Numbered from the stretch's first letter, positions 7,787-18,132 are shown. The stretch: DNA of 64,000 nt from Patescibacteria group bacterium (GCA_042568575.1 JBHPIO010000001.1:64001-128000), one strand, 5' to 3'. Notes: a model not told the origin generated them from the letters alone. A program made the numbers and translations.

Positions 7787-10204
7787 TTAACTTGGATTAA
7801 ATTGTATTGAACGCATTAAGAGATCTTGTTGATTTAGAATCTCATTGATATTTTGGACTTCTTCATGCTCATTTACAAGTTCATATGCTCTGCGAAGCTT
7901 GAGAAGCTCATTTTTGTCAAGATCTTCTAGGTTCTTTTTGTGCGAATCGGCAAGCAAAGCATTTATATATTCAGACACATGTCGTCTTACTGAATTCTGT
8001 ATTTGGTCAGACATATTTGTAGGTAATGTGTCTTGTACATGAATTGCATAAGCATTTAAAGGACTAGTTTCATCCATGATCGCATCAACAATTAATTGAA
8101 TTCCATCGTTAAAGCCCATTTTTGCCAAAGATAACGCAGCAACAAACTTTTCTTCTTCATCCTGCACTTTTAAAGATTCTCTTAAACGGTTCTTTTCCTG
8201 AATCGCTTTGATTTCTCCAACTGCATAGTATCCTTCAAGTCTTACTGACTTTTCATTACTAAAAATCATACTCTTTAATGCTTCCATCAAGCTTACTCGA
8301 TATTTTTTAAACTTCCACAAAGCGACAATTGTATAAGCCCGAATTCTAGAATCTGATGATTCAAGATAGGGAAGTAAGTAATGTGCAAGATTAATGTCAT
8401 CAAAATTTCCGCAAACAGCAATACAATCTGCCTTCATCCTATCATCCTCAGTTTGCAAAAGCTTTAATAAAAACGGAACTATTTCGTGCCTATTGATCTT
8501 AGTCAAAATCCTTATGATCAATGCTTTTATGTCGTTATCCTCTTCATGTGCAAAGAGTTGTTTTAAAGTGTCATTAGCCCTGTAATTTGAAAATGGGTAC
8601 GATCTTTTATGCTTACCACTAAGATCAAATGTATCAAGAGCCTTCAAGGCTACTGTTCGTACTTTCTGATTTTTATTATGTAAACAATCGAGTATTTCCA
8701 GAATCGCTGTTTCGGCCTTCATGCGGCCAAGAGTTTCAATAATTTTAATTCTTACTTCGTCATTAAGATTTTCTTGCTGAAGCTTCCTTGTTAGTATTTC
8801 AACACTGCTCCTATGACCTTTCTGACCCAAAATTTCTACTGCATTCAACTGAATAGCAGGATCCTTTGAATGTAGAAGGTTCTTAACTGATATATGTGTA
8901 TATTTAGATTCATTCTTCAATAAAACGAATAGCATAAATGCCATTATTATGATCATTAAAGCTGTTACCGAAAAATTCAGAAAACTTCCAGTAAAGAAAA
9001 ATTCAAATATAAGAAGCAACCCCATTCCAATCAATGTTCCAAGCGGATGAACAAATCCTTCAAGGAATTCGCGAACTTGCTCCCTGACTTTGGGCTCAAT
9101 TGCGTAATAGGAAGTATGATAAGCACTTTTATGTACAATATTGGTCATTTCAAAATTAGTCTTTGCTAATACTGCAGAAGCAAAACCAAATTTAAACATT
9201 AATGCACCCAAACTTAACAAAGTCACAACTGGATGCAATAGAAGTGAGGAAATTATTCCCAATGAAGAAATAATCCTACTTGCTACAAGTAATTGCATAC
9301 CAAGTGCAAGCGAATGAAATAGAATCTGCAAGGAACCAAGTCCATGTGTTAATTCTTGCTCAACATGCTGACTTTCACTACCTATATTTGCAAATACAGC
9401 ACTTGTAAATTGAAACTCTAAAAGATTATGAAATATCCATTGAGTTAGAATCACTAAGAAGAGAACCTTTAGAAATGGTATTCGACTCATATGATGAAAA
9501 CTCTCTTTAACTTTCTTTAAACTAATTTTCCCAATTTCCTTTTTCTTTTTAAAATGAATGAACGGAAGTTTTTTAAGTATCTGCCTATGAAATAGGATTA
9601 TCGGAACAATCATTATGATACTCACAATTACCATATGCATTAAGTAGATTGGAGCAATTGAAGATGCAAATACAGCAATGAATATACCTCCAATCACACC
9701 ACCAATGGTCTCTGACGATTCAATTATCGGAAACGTCCTTTCACTTTCAAGTGGCGAGAACATATCTTCGATAAATGCAGAATTTAATATATATAGTTGT
9801 GAGAAGAAGATTGAAATGATTGGTAACGTCAAAAAGATAAATCCTGCCTCACTTATTTGACTTATTAATAAGGCTCCAAATAACAATACTGCTGCGATAA
9901 GAGCTGTAAACAAGATTATATTTTCTTTTCTAAATCTATTAATTATGTTTGCATATATAAAGGTTCCAACAATCCTGAAAACTGCATGGATTATAAAGAA
10001 ATAGGGGAGTGCAAGTATCCCAAAACGTGATACGTACATCGAAATCAAAACAGTCCATGTTACAACAAATGCCATTCTATAAAAGAACTGCAGCAGCCAA
10101 GAAATTGATATACGCGACCACTCATCACGAGATATGTTCATGACTTTATTTAGGATTACCCCAATGAATCCACCATCTTTTTTTGTTTTCGTTTTAGTCG
10201 GCAC
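7787..10204 (-). CDS. MFS/NTT (Npt1/TLC-like nucleotide transporter-related) membrane domain fused to HEAT repeats
   Basis: About 12 TM helices in the first ~430 aa, with FSPLESERTFPII resembling the NTT-family loop. C-terminal helical repeats (VRIKIIETLGRM, VRTVALKAL, IRAYTIVALW). GTG start. Confidence 0.65.
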   Translation of the reverse strand: MPTKTKTKKDGGFIGVILNKVMNISRDEWSRISISWLLQFFYRMAFVVTWTVLISMYVSRFGILALPYFFIIHAVFRIVGTFIYANIINRFRKENIILFTALIAAVLLFGALLISQISEAGFIFLTLPIISIFFSQLYILNSAFIEDMFSPLESERTFPIIESSETIGGVIGGIFIAVFASSIAPIYLMHMVIVSIIMIVPIILFHRQILKKLPFIHFKKKKEIGKISLKKVKESFHHMSRIPFLKVLFLVILTQWIFHNLLEFQFTSAVFANIGSESQHVEQELTHGLGSLQILFHSLALGMQLLVASRIISSLGIISSLLLHPVVTLLSLGALMFKFGFASAVLAKTNFEMTNIVHKSAYHTSYYAIEPKVREQVREFLEGFVHPLGTLIGMGLLLIFEFFFTGSFLNFSVTALMIIIMAFMLFVLLKNESKYTHISVKNLLHSKDPAIQLNAVEILGQKGHRSSVEILTRKLQQENLNDEVRIKIIETLGRMKAETAILEILDCLHNKNQKVRTVALKALDTFDLSGKHKRSYPFSNYRANDTLKQLFAHEEDNDIKALIIRILTKINRHEIVPFLLKLLQTEDDRMKADCIAVCGNFDDINLAHYLLPYLESSDSRIRAYTIVALWKFKKYRVSLMEALKSMIFSNEKSVRLEGYYAVGEIKAIQEKNRLRESLKVQDEEEKFVAALSLAKMGFNDGIQLIVDAIMDETSPLNAYAIHVQDTLPTNMSDQIQNSVRRHVSEYINALLADSHKKNLEDLDKNELLKLRRAYELVNEHEEVQNINEILNQQDLLMRSIQFNPS

Positions 10205-10237
10205 AATCGTACGGTTTACTTTTGTTTATCTAATATT

Positions 10238-10266
10238 ATTATACAACATTTTGGCTTACTTGTGAA
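10238..10266 (-). promoter_or_regulatory. Sigma70-type promoter of the NTT-HEAT/STAS/PP2C/queA operon
   Basis: TTCACA-17bp-TATAAT on the minus strand. Confidence 0.6.
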
Positions 10267-10281
10267 GGTTATTAAATAAAG

Positions 10282-10334
10282 CAAAACCGTCCGTAGAGGT
10301 ATAAGGAGGAGAAACCTCTGCCCGGACAGTTTTG
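10282..10334 (-). other. Long RNA hairpin with anti-Shine-Dalgarno loop (terminator of the rpsB operon or a small RNA)
   Basis: Stems CAAAACUGUCCG/CGGACGGUUUUG and AGAGGU/ACCUCU, loop UUCUCCUCCUUAU, followed by CUUUAUUU. TTGACT-18bp-TAAGAT lies just upstream (10342-10371). Confidence 0.5.
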
Positions 10335-10379
10335 TAATACTATCTTAGCTACTTTGATATGGCAAAGTCAAACACATGC

Positions 10380-11126
10380 CTACCACAAGCCCTTTCTAAC
10401 CTTTATTTCGAACTTATTAACTGCTTTGAATGTTTTTCCATCTCCTTTATCAACATAAATAAGAACGTAAAAAATACCTATATCTTTAAAATACACATTA
10501 AAATCGAAAGTTTTCTTATTCAAATAAACTACCTCTTCAAAAAGAGGCTTTTCATCTTTAATATGCCGCTTTACTTGATAAATTATCTTTTTTGCAGAGG
10601 CAAAAGCCTGACCTCGTATTCGCAAACCTCTTTTAAGAGTTGTTTTGTTAGGAAATTTCTTTTTGAAAAGGAGATCTCTTGATGCAAAATTCTGTGTATA
10701 GTAAAAGGATTTATCAACACTTGTTATAATCCCAATACCAACAGTATTGTATGCCTTGTGCAGTATGTTTGCCCTGTGCCCAGGACTGTTCATCAAGCCA
10801 ATTTCCGCTTCTATTACCGGGTTTTTATAACCACGGATCTTTGCCAAATTCTCACCAGCCACAACATCCGTAACTCTTGCTTCTTCAAGACGATCAAAAG
10901 GAGTTTTCCCTTGAATATTCTCATGTTCAAAATAATCTTTGCGCGCCATGTCCTTGCTATGCTTTCGTGCAACAATACGCAAGTCCTCTTGCATTCTTAC
11001 TGGCTTAAGACCATGCTTTTTCCTGTCTTTATTAAGGAGTTTAAGCATTTGCCACTCCATTGTTCGGAGTGAATTAGGAAGGAAAATCCTTCTAAAAAGA
11101 TACTTAACATGTTCCCAAAGCGTCAT
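10380..11126 (-). CDS. CAP (SCP) domain protein
   Basis: Motifs [51 protein letters not shown]. Confidence 0.85.
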   Translation of the reverse strand: MTLWEHVKYLFRRIFLPNSLRTMEWQMLKLLNKDRKKHGLKPVRMQEDLRIVARKHSKDMARKDYFEHENIQGKTPFDRLEEARVTDVVAGENLAKIRGYKNPVIEAEIGLMNSPGHRANILHKAYNTVGIGIITSVDKSFYYTQNFASRDLLFKKKFPNKTTLKRGLRIRGQAFASAKKIIYQVKRHIKDEKPLFEEVVYLNKKTFDFNVYFKDIGIFYVLIYVDKGDGKTFKAVNKFEIKVRKGLW

Positions 11127-12328
11127 ACACTTTTAAGTAAATGACCCATCTTCTTTTTCTTAGTTTTAAGATAGGACTTATTTCTATTGTGAGGTTTTGT
11201 TTCCAGTGATACACGATCAACAATCTCCAGACCATGGCCCTTTAGACCTATAATTTTTTTGGGATTGTTCGTTAATAATTTGATCTTTTTAATACCTAAA
11301 TCTGAAAGAATTTGTGCACCTATACCATATTCACGTAAATCATCTTTAAATCCCAGTTTTTTGTTAGCTTCAACGGTATCGTATCCCTGATCCTGTAAAT
11401 TATACGCTTTTATCTTGTTAGTAAGGCCAATTCCTCTTCCTTCATGCCTCAAATAAACCAGAACACCATTCTTTTCTTTAGAAATCATTTCAAGCGCAAG
11501 TGAAAGCTGTTTTTGACAATCACATCTTATTGAATGAAAAACATCACCTGTCATACATTCACTATGCATTCGAACTAAAATAGACTTTTTACTATCAACC
11601 TTTCCCATTTTAAGAACAACATGTTCTTTCTTATTCGTTAAATCTTTATAAACACCGAATTGGAAAGTACCAAATTCCGTTGGAAGCTCCGATTCTGCAA
11701 CTTTCTCAACAAGTTTCTCATGCTTTCTTCTGTATTCAATTAGGTCAGCAATACTTATCATTATCAGTTTATGCTTTTTGGTAAACTCGATTAAATCTTT
11801 GAATCTAGCCATTTCTCCATCATCACGAGTTATCTCACAAATTACACCCGCCGGTTTAAATCCAGCTAGTTTTGCAAGATCAGTTGCTGCTTCAGTATGA
11901 CCAGCACGTACAAGAACACCTCCATCATGAGCGCGGAGTGGAAAGATATGCCCAGGACGAGCAAAATCATCGGGAATAGTCTTTGGATCAACTAGTGCTT
12001 TTATTGTTTTATATCTATCAGAAGCAGAAATCCCGGTTGTCGTATCCTTTTTATAATCAACTGGGACAGTAAAATTACATTGAGTAAATTCCTCATTCCG
12101 TTTTACCATCAAAGGTAAATCGAGCCTGTCTGCGATTTTATTACTCAAAGGAACACAAATTAAGCCACGTCCATGAGTTGCCATGAAATTGATAACTTCC
12201 GGAGTAACTTTCTCAGCTGCACATATAAGATCACCCTCATTTTCTCTTTCCTCGCTATCAACAACTACAACGATTTTTCCTTGCTTGATAGCAGAAATGG
12301 CATCTTCAATAGGATGTGTATACTTCAT
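11123..12328 (-). CDS. ribBA: Bifunctional DHBP synthase / GTP cyclohydrolase II
   Basis: Motifs [56 protein letters not shown]. Confidence 0.95.
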   Translation of the reverse strand: MKYTHPIEDAISAIKQGKIVVVVDSEERENEGDLICAAEKVTPEVINFMATHGRGLICVPLSNKIADRLDLPLMVKRNEEFTQCNFTVPVDYKKDTTTGISASDRYKTIKALVDPKTIPDDFARPGHIFPLRAHDGGVLVRAGHTEAATDLAKLAGFKPAGVICEITRDDGEMARFKDLIEFTKKHKLIMISIADLIEYRRKHEKLVEKVAESELPTEFGTFQFGVYKDLTNKKEHVVLKMGKVDSKKSILVRMHSECMTGDVFHSIRCDCQKQLSLALEMISKEKNGVLVYLRHEGRGIGLTNKIKAYNLQDQGYDTVEANKKLGFKDDLREYGIGAQILSDLGIKKIKLLTNNPKKIIGLKGHGLEIVDRVSLETKPHNRNKSYLKTKKKKMGHLLKSV

Positions 12329-12329
12329 G

Positions 12330-12917
12330 TTAAATTGAATATCTCACGAATTTCTCAATCTTAATGTTTTCACCAATCTTTGTAATGGAATCCGTAATAA
12401 GTCGTTCGATAGTAAGTTCTGGATCTTTTACAAATGGCTGCTTCATTAAAGAAATCTCATTTCGAAATTTATTTTCTTTACCATCCATGATTTGATCCCA
12501 CATTTTCTCTGGTTTTCCTTCAGACTTTAATTGATCTGTCCAAATTTCTTTCTCTTTATCGATAAGTTCTTGTGGAACATCTTCTGGATTTTGGTAAAGT
12601 GGAGCACTTGCAGCAATATGCATTGCAATATCTCTTCCTAAAGCTTGGAAATCTTCATTCTTCGCAACGAAATCTGTTTCGCAAGCAAAATGTACCAGTA
12701 CACCAATTTGATTGTTTGAGTGAATATACGAAGCAACAACTCCGTTTCCTGTACTTCTTTCTGCGCGTGATACGGCTTTTGCTTCACCACTTTTTCGCAA
12801 ATCATCAATAGCTTTTTCAAAATCTCCATTAGATTCTGTAAGTGCCTTTTTACAAGCCATCATAGAAACGCCTGTCTTACTACGAAGCTCTTTAATCTGA
12901 TCAAGAGTAACTGTCAT
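12330..12917 (-). CDS. tsf: Elongation factor Ts (short form)
   Basis: Motifs [47 protein letters not shown]. Confidence 0.95.
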   Translation of the reverse strand: MTVTLDQIKELRSKTGVSMMACKKALTESNGDFEKAIDDLRKSGEAKAVSRAERSTGNGVVASYIHSNNQIGVLVHFACETDFVAKNEDFQALGRDIAMHIAASAPLYQNPEDVPQELIDKEKEIWTDQLKSEGKPEKMWDQIMDGKENKFRNEISLMKQPFVKDPELTIERLITDSITKIGENIKIEKFVRYSI

Positions 12918-12940
12918 GATATATTTAGTTAGTTAAAATT

Positions 12941-13582
12941 TTATTGAGGTTTTTCTTCAGTGTTTTCCGGAGCCTGTGGAGCCTCAGGAGTTTCTGATTG
13001 TGCTGGAGATTGTGGCTCAGCAGGTTGTTCTGGTGCAGCAGGGGGTTGCTCAGTTTCTTGAGCTGGAGTTTCAGCCTTTGGAGCTTCAACAGCTTTTCCA
13101 GTTACAGATCCTACGATTGCCCCTACAGGAATTTTAGCTGCAATGTCAGATAGTACAGGAACTTTAAATTCAAAGCTCTGGATAGCTTTTACAATTCCAA
13201 GAACAGCAACGATACTAGCAGCAAGTAGGATTACTCCTCCAATTGCACCAATAAATGAAGGGAAAGCTAAAACAATAAGTCCAATAAACCAAACCGCAAA
13301 GATCACTAAACCTTGTGAAGCATGTTTTTTACAAAACTCACTTTTTGGGTTCATTGCCATTGCTACAACTCCAAGAAATGCAACATATCCAATTGCAGCC
13401 CAGATTCTTTCTTCTTGAGTAGTCTTTACTGGAACATCAGCAGGATGAGCTGGTTTAGCCGGAGGCTTAGGTGCTTCAGGTGTTTGTGGAGCCTGAGGTG
13501 CACTCTCAGGTGCAGCTGGTTGTTCAGCTTGTGGAGTTGGAGTTTCAGGTTGTTGTGTTGGTTGTGTGTTATCTTCAAACAT
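12941..13582 (-). CDS. DUF4870/Tic20-like membrane protein with Pro/Glu/Gln-rich disordered termini
   Basis: Core ERIWAAIGY...FCKKHASQGL with 3 TM helices ending G..KA....FKVP. Flanked by PQAPE-rich low-complexity sequence. Confidence 0.65.
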   Translation of the reverse strand: MFEDNTQPTQQPETPTPQAEQPAAPESAPQAPQTPEAPKPPAKPAHPADVPVKTTQEERIWAAIGYVAFLGVVAMAMNPKSEFCKKHASQGLVIFAVWFIGLIVLAFPSFIGAIGGVILLAASIVAVLGIVKAIQSFEFKVPVLSDIAAKIPVGAIVGSVTGKAVEAPKAETPAQETEQPPAAPEQPAEPQSPAQSETPEAPQAPENTEEKPQ

Positions 13583-13611
13583 AATAGGATGTTATATCTA
13601 AATAAAAAAGA

Positions 13612-14310
13612 TTATGCGGCTTTACTCCTTTTGCTTTTTGCATTAAGAATAGCGTCTTCAACTTTTCCTAGGAAATATTTAACAGATCTAATAGCATCAT
13701 CATTACCAGGAATACAGTAATCAATTTCATCCGGATCAGCATTTGAATCAGTAATTGCAACAATAGGAATCTTTAGTTTCCTTGCTTCTTTAATAGCAAT
13801 ATTGTCACGAACACAGTCAATTACAAATAGAGCATCAGGTAGACGAGTCATATTTTTAAGACCACCGAAGGCTATTTCAAGCTTAGCGATGTCCTTTTTC
13901 ATCTTGCTCACTTCTTTCTTAGTATACTTGTCAAATTGACCAGTATCCTGCTGTTCAATAAGATTGAGGAAATGTTTCATCCTCTTTTTTACAGTAGTGT
14001 AGTTAGTTAAAAGGCCACCAATCCATTTATGAGTAACATGTGGCATGTTACATTTCTTAGCAACAGCCTCAACTATTGAAGCAGCTTGTTGTTTTGTGCT
14101 TACAAAAAGCACATTTTTACCTTCACCAACCGTTTTTTGAAGAAATCCAAGTGCGGTTTGAAGGCTATCAAATGTTTTTTGTAAATCAAAAACATGAACA
14201 CCTTCACGTACGCCATAAAGATACCTTCTCATTTTCGGGTTCCATTTGTGTTTCTGGTGACCGAAATGAACCGCTGCCGAAAGCATTTCTTTGAGTTCAA
14301 CTTGTGACAT
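13612..14310 (-). CDS. rpsB: 30S ribosomal protein S2 (start re-called to ATG at 14310)
   Basis: Motifs MSQVELKEML..AVHFGHQKHKWNPKM, KWIGGLLTN, AIKEA.KL.IP, DSNADP, IPGNDDAIRS. Confidence 0.95.
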   Translation of the reverse strand: MSQVELKEMLSAAVHFGHQKHKWNPKMRRYLYGVREGVHVFDLQKTFDSLQTALGFLQKTVGEGKNVLFVSTKQQAASIVEAVAKKCNMPHVTHKWIGGLLTNYTTVKKRMKHFLNLIEQQDTGQFDKYTKKEVSKMKKDIAKLEIAFGGLKNMTRLPDALFVIDCVRDNIAIKEARKLKIPIVAITDSNADPDEIDYCIPGNDDAIRSVKYFLGKVEDAILNAKSKRSKAA

Positions 14311-14446
14311 ATCCTTGGGGTTATCGTCCATATCTCTCATTTTGCAGTTAGCCCGGTTAGGGGAGGATTCTGCAATCAAAACATAGACTGGAATAAAATG
14401 CATCGCTACTGTAATATAAGACCAATGTAATTGCAAGATAAAAACC

Positions 14447-14713
14447 ATGGAAACACTTGATTCTCTACGCAAAAAAATAGAAACGACAGACCGAAAAATC
14501 ACCAAACTTCTTAAAAAGAGGTATGCTTTGGTTAAAAAAATAGGAGCTATTAAACGAAAACAGAAGATTTCAGTTATACATAAGGATCGCGAGAATCAGC
14601 TTCTTTTAAAGACAAAACTATATTGCAAAGGGTCTAAGGAAATTTTCAAGTATATTTCGAATATATTTAAGCATATTTATAAAGAGTCGCATAAAATCCA
14701 AAAAAAGGACTAA
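14447..14713 (+). CDS. Chorismate mutase type II (AroQ-like)
   Basis: Pattern LDSLRKKIE..D..I..LL.KR..LV..IG.IK......V....RE, then IF..IYKES..IQ. Confidence 0.7.
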   Translation: METLDSLRKKIETTDRKITKLLKKRYALVKKIGAIKRKQKISVIHKDRENQLLLKTKLYCKGSKEIFKYISNIFKHIYKESHKIQKKD

Positions 14714-14779
14714 GTTGGTTTACAACCAGCAAAAAAATTGGTAAAATGGTATGAAGCATTTAAATGAATAACGTTTCAT

Positions 14780-15328
14780 ATGAACGATATTGCTACATCA
14801 ATCAAAGATAATAGTGACAAACCGGTAAAAATCACAATAACCCTGCCAACTACAGCGTATTTCATGTCAGGGATTCGTGATTTCACATTATCTTTAATAA
14901 GAAATACAACTGATTTCTCTGAACAATGGGCTTACAGATTCCAATCTGTCGTTGATGAATTATGTAACAACGCAATTGAACACGGGTCACAGCCAGGCGA
15001 AGAAATTAAAATTATCTTCATAAATAATCCATCTGACAGCATAGAATTTATAGTGGAAGATACTGGGACTGGTGGAAAAGACGGCAAGAAAGCGGCAGAA
15101 ATTGCAGCACTTGTCGAAAAAAGTTCAACCAACGATGTCCCATTAACTCAACTTAGAGGAAGAGGGCTATCAAAAATAGTGAAAGAATGGACAGACGAAC
15201 TAGAATTCAAAGATAAACCTGAAGGAGGCCTCATAGTAAGAGTGAAAAAAACGCTTACAGATGCCAAAGCAAAGGAATTAAAGCAAGAACTCTCTCTTGC
15301 TGGAGATCAGACACACATTGTTGTATAA
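14780..15328 (+). CDS. RsbW/SpoIIAB-like anti-sigma factor serine kinase (GHKL ATPase)
   Basis: N-box VVDELCNNAIEHG, G1 VEDTGTG, G2 RGRGL. Confidence 0.8.
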   Translation: MNDIATSIKDNSDKPVKITITLPTTAYFMSGIRDFTLSLIRNTTDFSEQWAYRFQSVVDELCNNAIEHGSQPGEEIKIIFINNPSDSIEFIVEDTGTGGKDGKKAAEIAALVEKSSTNDVPLTQLRGRGLSKIVKEWTDELEFKDKPEGGLIVRVKKTLTDAKAKELKQELSLAGDQTHIVV

Positions 15329-15364
15329 TGACATTAAATATCAAATAAATAACAAACTTACATT

Positions 15365-15739
15365 ATGCCTACACCTGCTGAAATAACCATAGAGGATGTT
15401 GAATCATCTTCTCCAGAAGTGGTTGTAAAAATAGCTAAATTTTCTGGTCAACTTGATGAAAGCAATGTTGATGATAAAGCTAAACTCATCTACGACCTGA
15501 TTGAACAAAATCCAAAAAATCTAAATCTTATTTTTGATTTTGAGGAGCTGGAGTATATGAACAGTAAATCGATTGGTTATCTCACAGATTGGTACGGGAA
15601 GGTGTATGAGAATGGCGGAAAAATCGTTATTGCAAAGACAAGACCGAATATTTTGGATATTCTTCAAGTTGTAGGACTTACTCAGTTAATTAAAACATAC
15701 CCGACCATAGATGAGGCGAAGTTTGCAATTACTCATTAG
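15365..15739 (+). CDS. STAS-domain anti-sigma factor antagonist
   Basis: Motifs FSGQLD, IFDFEELEYMNSKSIGYL, ILQVVGL, YPTIDEA. Confidence 0.85.
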   Translation: MPTPAEITIEDVESSSPEVVVKIAKFSGQLDESNVDDKAKLIYDLIEQNPKNLNLIFDFEELEYMNSKSIGYLTDWYGKVYENGGKIVIAKTRPNILDILQVVGLTQLIKTYPTIDEAKFAITH

Positions 15740-15750
15740 GCCTCTTTAAC

Positions 15751-16950
15751 ATGACGACGTTATATTGGATTATTAGCGGAATACTAGCCATAATTCCTGT
15801 AGGGATATGGCTTTATATTTTATTTAAAGATACTAGACACGGGAAGGGGATATTGGCTTTGATGTTTTCTGGAGGTATTTTAGCTGTTTTAATCGTATTT
15901 GGATTACAGTTCTTCTGGCTATATTTCCCGGAAATTGATCCATTTTTATGGCTTGAAACAAACATCACCGACCCTACATATTACTTTGTGATTCTTTTTG
16001 TTTTAGTCGGTGTTCTTGAAGAAATTGTTAAACAAGTAATGGTTCGTTTTGTTGATACAAGGACGATACTTGTACAAACAGTTAACGATTCAATAAAATT
16101 CAGTCTTGCGGCAGCGCTTGGATTTGCTTTTGCGGAAAATATCGTTTACTTCTACTCGGTAATTACAGAAGCAGCTATTCAAGACGTAATAGTTACTTTC
16201 TTATTTAGATCAATATTCACGGCTTGTGCCCATATGATCTTCTCTGGAATATTTGGATATTTCTTTGGTATTGCGAAATTCACACTCGATATTACACGGC
16301 ATAGGCACTGGCAGGGAAAAATTTATATTGGAGTACATCTTATGAGCAAATTATTCAAGATTCCATATGCCCAGGCTTTTAAAGAATATAAGATTCTGCA
16401 AGGGCTGGTTATTGCGATACTGTTACATGCTGTCTTCAATTATATGCTTCAAATGAATTACATCCTGCCTGTCATAGGCCTTGTTGTACTCGGATATCTA
16501 TATTTAAGATATTTACTTCACAGAAAAGCAGGTAACTTGATTTTAGTTACAGATATCGATGAAAAGAAGCAATCTTCAATGGGTAAAAAGGACGAAGACA
16601 TCGTTCTAGAATTAATTGGTATGTGGTTCGAACAAAAGAAGTTTGTAGACGTAATGCATATTTGCGAACGCCTTCTCGAAAGAGATCCAGACAACAATGT
16701 AGTAAAACTTTTCAAAGCTAAGGCTATGGATAAACTGGATCCTAACAATCCTTATAGAAAGATTCTAGATACAGTTGTTGGTAAGAAAAGAAGCAATAAA
16801 GACGTGAATACAATCCACCATTATCGTCAAAAGAAAGAGGTTGAAGAGAAGAATGTTTCAGAAAAAAAGAAAGAAAAAATGTTCAGATTCATCGAGGAGA
16901 AGAAAGAGAAGCAGGATGAAATTTACAAATTAGGAAAGATCAATAAATAA
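15751..16950 (+). CDS. PrsW-family intramembrane metalloprotease with C-terminal TPR-like/charged tail
   Basis: PrsW motifs EEIVK, GFAFAEN, AHMIFSG, LHAVFN. Multiple TM helices. Confidence 0.85.
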   Translation: MTTLYWIISGILAIIPVGIWLYILFKDTRHGKGILALMFSGGILAVLIVFGLQFFWLYFPEIDPFLWLETNITDPTYYFVILFVLVGVLEEIVKQVMVRFVDTRTILVQTVNDSIKFSLAAALGFAFAENIVYFYSVITEAAIQDVIVTFLFRSIFTACAHMIFSGIFGYFFGIAKFTLDITRHRHWQGKIYIGVHLMSKLFKIPYAQAFKEYKILQGLVIAILLHAVFNYMLQMNYILPVIGLVVLGYLYLRYLLHRKAGNLILVTDIDEKKQSSMGKKDEDIVLELIGMWFEQKKFVDVMHICERLLERDPDNNVVKLFKAKAMDKLDPNNPYRKILDTVVGKKRSNKDVNTIHHYRQKKEVEEKNVSEKKKEKMFRFIEEKKEKQDEIYKLGKINK

Positions 16951-17013
16951 GAGATCTTTACTTTAAAGGCCATCCCATTCTATTATACAAGGGCGCTTTT
17001 TAATGTACGTGAA

Positions 17014-18132
17014 ATGAAGCTAGAAAATGCAAAAATCGCTATTGTATGTGACTGGTTAACTAATTTTGCAGGTGCAGAGAGAGTTATTTTGAAGTTACAC
17101 AAAATGTTCCCTCACGCGCCTATATACACCTCAACATTCAATTCCAAAAAGATGAAAGCCTTTTCGGATGCTGTTATTCATACATCTTTCTTACAAGGAT
17201 TCCCTAAAGCACAAGTTAAACATCAATGGTATTTGCCTTTATATCCATTGGCGTTTGAGCAATTCGATTTAAGTAATTACGATATTGTTATTTCAAGTTG
17301 CCACTCATGTTCAAAAGGAATAGTCACAAAACCAGAAACAATGCATATTTCGTACTGTCATTCTCCAATGAGATACGCTTGGGATAATTCACATGAATAC
17401 TTGAGGACTTACAAGATTCCTTGGCCAGCACGGCATTTCCTTCCAAAAGTCATTCACAAAATCAGAATGTGGGATCGACTTGCTGCCGATCGTGTTGATC
17501 ATTTCGTAACCAATTCAAAATATGTAAAAAAACGGATTGGAAAGTATTACAAAAGGGATTCTGAGGTTGTTTATCCAATGGTTAATACAAAGGACTATTA
17601 TATTTCAAAAGCCAAAAAAGAGTATTATTTAGCGGTCGGAAGATTCACTCCTTACAAGAAGTTTGATCTTATTGTTGATGCTTTCAACGAACTTCCTTAT
17701 AAGTTGAAAATCGTTGGAACTGGTGTGGCAGAAAAAGAGCTAAAGCAAAAGGCGAAAAAGAATATAGAATTTCTGGGATTTGTATCGGAAGAGCGCTTGA
17801 AAGACTTATACGCAAATGCAAAAGCATTAATTTTCCCTCAAGTTGAGGATTTTGGCATCACTCCACTTGAATCGATGGCCAGTGGAAGACCAGTTGTAGC
17901 ATTTAGGCAAGGAGGCGCACTTGAAACTGTTAAAGAAGGGGAGACAGGTATATTCTTTGATGAACAAAATGTTTTGGAACTTAAAGGAGGCATTTTAAGA
18001 TGCGAGAAAACAAAGTGGGATAGCACTAAAATTCGAAATCATGCCAAGAAGTTCGATGAAACTGTTTTCGAAAAAGACTTCATGAAATACTTAAAATCAA
18101 AGTGGCAAAAGTGGGAGAAAGAGATGCGCTAA
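17014..18132 (+). CDS. Glycosyltransferase family 4
   Basis: Motifs DWL..FAGAERV, YCHSPMRYAWD, VGRF.PYKK, EDFGITPLESMASGRPV. Confidence 0.9.
   Translation: MKLENAKIAIVCDWLTNFAGAERVILKLHKMFPHAPIYTSTFNSKKMKAFSDAVIHTSFLQGFPKAQVKHQWYLPLYPLAFEQFDLSNYDIVISSCHSCSKGIVTKPETMHISYCHSPMRYAWDNSHEYLRTYKIPWPARHFLPKVIHKIRMWDRLAADRVDHFVTNSKYVKKRIGKYYKRDSEVVYPMVNTKDYYISKAKKEYYLAVGRFTPYKKFDLIVDAFNELPYKLKIVGTGVAEKELKQKAKKNIEFLGFVSEERLKDLYANAKALIFPQVEDFGITPLESMASGRPVVAFRQGGALETVKEGETGIFFDEQNVLELKGGILRCEKTKWDSTKIRNHAKKFDETVFEKDFMKYLKSKWQKWEKEMR

Noticed and set aside
14311-14505. N-terminal extensions given by the ORF track for rpsB (also ssb, ribE, elp3, pabA, TrmB and the SLH protein)
   Set aside because: Family homology begins at downstream ATGs, and the extensions overlap divergent genes or promoters.
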